DNA from: Bdellovibrio sp.
Lineage (GTDB): Bacteria > Bdellovibrionota > Bdellovibrionia > Bdellovibrionales > Bdellovibrionaceae
DNA length: 29,148 nucleotides
Assembly: GCA_046318155.1 (NCBI GenBank)
Contig: JBKCUU010000087.1
Coordinates: forward strand, 1-29,148
Reading direction: 5' to 3'
Part shown: one piece after another, positions 24,741 to 29,148 of the stretch
Layout: each line of letters begins with the position of its first letter
How positions within the stretch are numbered: the first letter of the stretch is position 1
The notes under the pieces: generated by a model
What the model was told of the DNA's origin: nothing
The model's input: the letters and a program-made list of their open reading frames with translations, nothing else
The model's database searches: none
Program-made: the position numbers and the translations under genes

Positions 24741-26324
24741 ATGAAAACGAGACGCTCAATTCTGATCACTGCAATTCTGGTCGTCAGTTTTTGCTTCGAA
24801 ACCTTGAATGCGCAGGAGCAGTTTCGCTTTAGCCCCCAGGCGTTTCAGTTCCGATTTAACCAAAGCTTTTTCAAGACAAGTGGCGAACTCTTCGAAGATA
24901 TCCTTAAAGCCTCTGGAATCGCTGACAAAAACAACGTGATCACGATCGCTTCTGACTCAGACCCCTCAGCCCACCGGCTCCAATATCGGAAAATAAAAAC
25001 CAACATTCGGCTTGAGAATAATCGAATGATATCATTGCTGAACATCGACATTGCGGATTCTAATTTTTCTTTAACCTCAGTTTCGAGCTCCTGCCAGCTT
25101 CTTCTTTCTGGTCCTTTGTCCTTCGAAGCAATCCTGAGTGTGACAGACAAGGGGTCCGTTGAAGTTGAAGTTCCCGAAGCGACTTTCAAAGCTGAGAACC
25201 TTCAAATCAAGTCCACTGGGTGTGGTTTCGCTGGATGGATTCTTCCAAATCTTGTCCGATCAAAACTTCAGAGCAGCCTCGAAGAACTGATTGGCAAAGT
25301 CGCTAACGAACAAGAGCTGAAAGCGGTGGAACCGACAAACATTGATGATTTGCTTAGAAAAGCAAGAGTCGCCGTCAACACGCTCTCGAAAGGCCCACTG
25401 GATGATCGCCGTTCACGCCTGAGTGACTTTAATGTTGACGTCGGTATCCGTGGTTATCTGTCAAATGCAAGGGAGGGTTTTGAGCGAATCTCGATTCGGA
25501 ATCCCCGCAAAAATTATCTGAATCAAATCGGCCTGCAGTGGACCCTCGACGCGGGATTTGAAGCTCGGTCACAAAATATTTTTGATCTCAAGTACGAAGC
25601 ACCAACAAGAAACACCGCGCCCAAAGCGTTCCCCGCCTGGGGTTTGGGTCCTTACAAAAAAACAGGCAATAGCCCCCTTGATTTTGATGCCGGGCTGATG
25701 ATTCGCACGAGTTTTCTTAAGACGATGTTCGAGAAGCTTTACGAGGCTGGTTTTTTCAACTTGCAAATACAAGACAGTCAAATAAACAAAAATTTTCTTC
25801 CCATCCGAATTTCATCTTGGTGTGAAGACCTCAAATTGGTCCTTCCAAACGGCCGGCAAATCTCACCAGACAACTATGCTGATTCTCGGTTGGCCTTGCG
25901 TCTTTTGAAGGCTCCCGTGCTCAATTCAACGAGTGATCAAAGCTTAGAACTGAGCGTTCCTGAACTTGAGTTTGCCTATTTCGCCTCGACCAAAGGTGAC
26001 CCACGAGAGTATGAGATCGTTCGGGTCCGAGCGCGTTTCAATCTAAAAGCGATGATCGGACTGGATGAAGATGCTCATCTCAGCATTAAATTTGGCGAAA
26101 ACCCACTCAACGACTTTCAGATTCTGGCTCGAGCCGGAATTGACCCCTCAGTGCCTGACCACGAAATTCGAGACGTTTTGAACAAATCCATCAATGGTCT
26201 TTTAGACAGTTCGGGTACAGAAATTCCCTTCTTAAAAGGACGAAAAATCGACATCCGCTCTTTAGGCGTCGAAGGTGCCGGCACCATGACTGAGGCGCTC
26301 TCGATTTACTTGAAAATTAAGTAG
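24741..26324 (+). CDS. Secreted hypothetical protein, possibly BPI/LBP (TULIP)-like fold
   Basis: 527-aa ORF with GAGGA RBS and signal peptide MKTRRSILITAILVVSFCFETLNA; fold call rests on motif resemblance only. Confidence 0.75.
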   Translation: MKTRRSILITAILVVSFCFETLNAQEQFRFSPQAFQFRFNQSFFKTSGELFEDILKASGIADKNNVITIASDSDPSAHRLQYRKIKTNIRLENNRMISLLNIDIADSNFSLTSVSSSCQLLLSGPLSFEAILSVTDKGSVEVEVPEATFKAENLQIKSTGCGFAGWILPNLVRSKLQSSLEELIGKVANEQELKAVEPTNIDDLLRKARVAVNTLSKGPLDDRRSRLSDFNVDVGIRGYLSNAREGFERISIRNPRKNYLNQIGLQWTLDAGFEARSQNIFDLKYEAPTRNTAPKAFPAWGLGPYKKTGNSPLDFDAGLMIRTSFLKTMFEKLYEAGFFNLQIQDSQINKNFLPIRISSWCEDLKLVLPNGRQISPDNYADSRLALRLLKAPVLNSTSDQSLELSVPELEFAYFASTKGDPREYEIVRVRARFNLKAMIGLDEDAHLSIKFGENPLNDFQILARAGIDPSVPDHEIRDVLNKSINGLLDSSGTEIPFLKGRKIDIRSLGVEGAGTMTEALSIYLKIK

Positions 26325-26345
26325 GTTCTTGTTACCGGGTGAGAG

Positions 26346-26375
26346 AACCAGAAGCCGGATCGCGCTTCTGGTTTT
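26346..26375 (+). terminator. Hairpin terminator between convergent genes
   Basis: AACCAGAAGC-CGGATCGC-GCTTCTGGTT perfect 10-bp stem ending in a T4 run. Confidence 0.7.
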
Positions 26376-27225
26376 ACAAATAGTTTGTTGTTCCCTTAAC
26401 CAACTGACTCACAATTTCTTGATGAAGCTTTGAGTAGTACGGCTGCTCAAAATAATTCAAAGTGACATCTCGAAAATACTTTTTGAAGCCTTTGACGATT
26501 TTGACTTTTGAATTGTCCTCGATCAAATGCTTCGACATCACGGCTCGGCCGAGCCCCAGCTCGACGCCGTTGATGATCCCGTAAACGTCACCCATGAATG
26601 AGCGCCGCCACTTCTTAGGCGCCTGCGCCTGTTCGCGAAAAAAGGATTCGGTCGCATTGTCTTGCGGTCCATGATCTAAGTACAAATCTTCGGGACTTTC
26701 AAATTTGACACTTTCAATGACGACGTACTCTTCTCGGCCCAAGGTGTGTTCGGTTACTCCTTTTTTGTTCAGATGATAATCAACGACGACAAAATCAGCT
26801 TCTCCGCTGCGGAGAATATCGGCAAGCTCGATCATCTCATGGCTCGAGAACTCACAATGCACGAATGGATGCGTGCGCAAGAACGGCGCTAAGCTCGGAA
26901 TCAGGGCTGATCGCAAAACCGAAGAAAAACCGGCCACCCGAACCGCTCCTCGCAATTGTCCTTGCGACGATTTGAGCTGACCCATCATTTCGGACTCAAG
27001 CGAGCTGGTCACTTGGCAGTGACGGAGCAAGGTCTCGCCGGCAGCCGTCAAGACGGGGCCCGAGGGGTCTCGAATAAAAAGGGTCACCTCAAGTTCAGCT
27101 TCTAAATTTGCCACCCGCTGCGAAAGTGCAGATTGAGTCACGGCCAACGCATCGGCGGCTTTGGAGAAGCTTCGAAGTCGTGCGGTCTCAAAAAAGGCGG
27201 CGAGCTGGTGAGAGGCTATTTTCAT
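26374..27225 (-). CDS. LysR-family transcriptional regulator
   Basis: HTH SFSKAADALAVTQSALSQRVANLEAELEVTLFIR, LTAAGETL, substrate-domain RGAVRV and VELGLGRAVM. Confidence 0.95.
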   Translation of the reverse strand: MKIASHQLAAFFETARLRSFSKAADALAVTQSALSQRVANLEAELEVTLFIRDPSGPVLTAAGETLLRHCQVTSSLESEMMGQLKSSQGQLRGAVRVAGFSSVLRSALIPSLAPFLRTHPFVHCEFSSHEMIELADILRSGEADFVVVDYHLNKKGVTEHTLGREEYVVIESVKFESPEDLYLDHGPQDNATESFFREQAQAPKKWRRSFMGDVYGIINGVELGLGRAVMSKHLIEDNSKVKIVKGFKKYFRDVTLNYFEQPYYSKLHQEIVSQLVKGTTNYL

Positions 27226-27270
27226 ATCTATTAATTATTCTAAACACTATTACAAATCAATTAATTTTCT
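27226..27270. promoter_or_regulatory. AT-rich divergent control region with a putative LysR T-N11-A box
   Basis: TTA-ATTATTC-TAA at 27231-27243, directly upstream of the lysR start, in a strongly AT-rich stretch. Confidence 0.45.
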
Positions 27271-27336
27271 TTCAGCGGGAAAATCCTCTACTTCTTGTCT
27301 CAACCAAACGGCCCACAGTGGCCAGAAAGAGGATTT

Positions 27337-28068
27337 ATGAAAGCGCTCCTGATCATGATAACGTCGCTCTTGCTACTCGCCCCGAGTGCTCAAGCAGACA
27401 AACCGGCCGTCCACGGCATGGTTCTTTTTGGGGACAAGATCAATTACGTGTCCCACCTTCCCATGTTTCATGCTCCGCATGATTACCAAGTCATTTTGCA
27501 GGTCCGTCTGTCTCAAAAAACACGCTGCGGCGGACTGACCTTGCAAAATTTTGAGGCGGCCAAAGCACAAGGACAGACTGAATTTACCTTAGCCCCAGAG
27601 CCCATGGACTTAACTAAAATCATAAGCGGAGAAAAAACCAGCTTTCAAGCCAACCTGTACCAGGGTCATTTTGAAAAAAACGGCAAAGATTTGGGACGTT
27701 TGACAGTCGAGATCCTGAAAACAATTGTTTCCAACAAACTTGACCCCGAGCAAGCCGAACAAAATCAGTACGTTCTTTTTGGCGAAAAAAGTGAATACTT
27801 CGCGGCTCACTTGATCAATGGCAAACCCAGCTTTGATTCGATCTTAAGTGTCAGCAAACCTTACAAGCTTCAATTCCCTCATTGCCGCACACGTGTCTGT
27901 GCTGATCCCTTGCCCATCGCAATTGGTGATGCGAATCTTCCGCAAACGGTTTTCACAAGCCCGTTTCCGCAAAATCAGCCGAGTATGGGTGAGCAGATCG
28001 GTTCCTTTGGCGTGATGGCAGATGTGATCAAAATCATTTACTTCGAAGAGCAGGAGCTGGCGCACTAA
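27337..28068 (+). CDS. Secreted His-motif protein of unknown function with an internal duplication
   Basis: AGAGGA RBS, ATG 27337, signal peptide MKALLIMITSLLLLAPSAQA; VHGMVLFG...YVSHLPMFHAPHDYQVIL echoed by QYVLFG...YFAAHLINGKPSFDSIL. Confidence 0.85.
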   Translation: MKALLIMITSLLLLAPSAQADKPAVHGMVLFGDKINYVSHLPMFHAPHDYQVILQVRLSQKTRCGGLTLQNFEAAKAQGQTEFTLAPEPMDLTKIISGEKTSFQANLYQGHFEKNGKDLGRLTVEILKTIVSNKLDPEQAEQNQYVLFGEKSEYFAAHLINGKPSFDSILSVSKPYKLQFPHCRTRVCADPLPIAIGDANLPQTVFTSPFPQNQPSMGEQIGSFGVMADVIKIIYFEEQELAH

Positions 28069-28090
28069 GCGCGCCAGAGGTCCACCCTTT

Positions 28091-28825
28091 ATGAAAAACC
28101 AGATTTTATTCGGAATCATTTTGGTGGGCCTGACCGGTTGGGCGGGGGCTCAAGGCCCTTGGGACCAGAACCCGCTCTTGTTTCAATCGCTCGAATCGGT
28201 GACAGAAGATGGCGCACCGGTTTTTAACAAAGTGAGTTTTATTTTTGGCTGGAAACAAGACATCTGGCTGATGAATCAAACTCACCACGGCTTGGAACTT
28301 GAAAAAGAAAAGTGGGACCGATTGGCCATCGTCGTGGATAAATCGGTCACCCCAAAGGTCGCCCGGTTTTATCAACTTGCGCCGGGCGACTCACCATGGA
28401 TACCTGGCACCCAAGCGGTCCCATTTAAGGCTAGATGCCTGGCCTGTCATTCAGGAGGTCCCCGCGCGATCAGGGCCGAGATTCAGAGCTTGGCGGCTCC
28501 TCTGACATGGGCGCAAAAAGCAAAAATTGGTTTCTGGAACTTCAGAATCAAATCATATGGCTTTGTGCAAAACCAAGCGGGCCACGCCTTTGAAAACGGC
28601 GTCCCGTTCATTTCAAAACTTAAAATTTTATCAAAGCCCTTGGGCTTTAAGTCGTGCACTGGTTGTCACTCCCCTGGCGGTCTTCGAGGAGAACTGACGC
28701 TGGGACAGGTGGGCACCGTCGCTTTCATGGTTCGAAATCAGCTAATGCCACCCTTCCCGTTCAAGATTTCAAAAGAGGATCAAGAAACATTGCAGAACTT
28801 GCTGACACAAGATCCGTCTACTTAA
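28091..28825 (+). CDS. Putative secreted diheme c-type cytochrome
   Basis: Signal peptide; two CxxCH motifs, CLACH (28436-28450) and CTGCH (28655-28669); downstream MPP candidate axial Met. Confidence 0.75.
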   Translation: MKNQILFGIILVGLTGWAGAQGPWDQNPLLFQSLESVTEDGAPVFNKVSFIFGWKQDIWLMNQTHHGLELEKEKWDRLAIVVDKSVTPKVARFYQLAPGDSPWIPGTQAVPFKARCLACHSGGPRAIRAEIQSLAAPLTWAQKAKIGFWNFRIKSYGFVQNQAGHAFENGVPFISKLKILSKPLGFKSCTGCHSPGGLRGELTLGQVGTVAFMVRNQLMPPFPFKISKEDQETLQNLLTQDPST

Positions 28826-29148
28826 GGAGGTAAATAAAATCTTCGCGCGACAAGGACGCCGAACCCTCAAAGCCCGCTTCGTCGACTTGCTCTTCGACAT
28901 TAAAGAGTCGATCAAACGAACCCTGCTTTTTGAGCTTCAGATCCGCGATCCTCTCTTCGAGCGAACCCTCGATCAGCAGGTTATAGACTTTGACGTTCTT
29001 TGTTTGTCCCATGCGGTGCGCTCGGTCTGTCGCTTGATTTTCGACAGCCGGATTCCACCAGGGCTCCAAGTGATAAACGATCGAGGCTTTGGTTAAGTTC
29101 AAACCCACGCCGCCGGTTTTCAGAGTCATCAGCATCACGCCGGGCTCG
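28818..29148 (-). CDS. SNF2-family helicase/ATPase, C-terminal part (partial, runs off the right edge)
   Basis: [43 protein letters not shown]...K motifs. Confidence 0.93.
   Translation of the reverse strand, partial: EPGVMLMTLKTGGVGLNLTKASIVYHLEPWWNPAVENQATDRAHRMGQTKNVKVYNLLIEGSLEERIADLKLKKQGSFDRLFNVEEQVDEAGFEGSASLSREDFIYLLK

Noticed and set aside
28818..29148. SNF2 helicase as part of an anti-phage defence system
   Set aside because: Only the C-terminus is visible and no defence-associated partner genes lie in the window.

Overview
A gene-dense bacterial chromosomal window. Gene content and style (many secreted proteins, GYF-like/PilZ protein, subtilase with Ig-like domain, TPR-Slt) suggest a Bdellovibrionota-like predator; this is inference, not a database result. 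Positions 1-22.7 kb are mostly housekeeping and envelope genes: pyrC, an internally deleted yciB-like gene, S8 protease, uppP, mscS, PilZ and coiled-coil proteins, Amidase_3, rph, rdgB, STAS protein, prs, rplY, pth, ychF, an amidase-signature enzyme, and a slt-oppB-oppC-ABC exporter operon. Positions 22.8-29.1 kb look accessory: a cNMP-binding protein, a DUF2252-like protein with an N-terminal hydrophobic segment, a secreted protein with BPI/LBP-like motifs, a LysR gene divergent from a His-motif secreted protein plus a diheme c-type cytochrome, and the end of a SNF2 helicase. Features the ORF track misses: a minus-strand CDS at <1-656 with 21-bp tandem repeats, a glutamine-amidotransferase pseudogene remnant (10655-10828) and a C-rich multi-hairpin candidate sRNA (8231-8382). 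I saw no tRNA, rRNA, CRISPR array or transposase.
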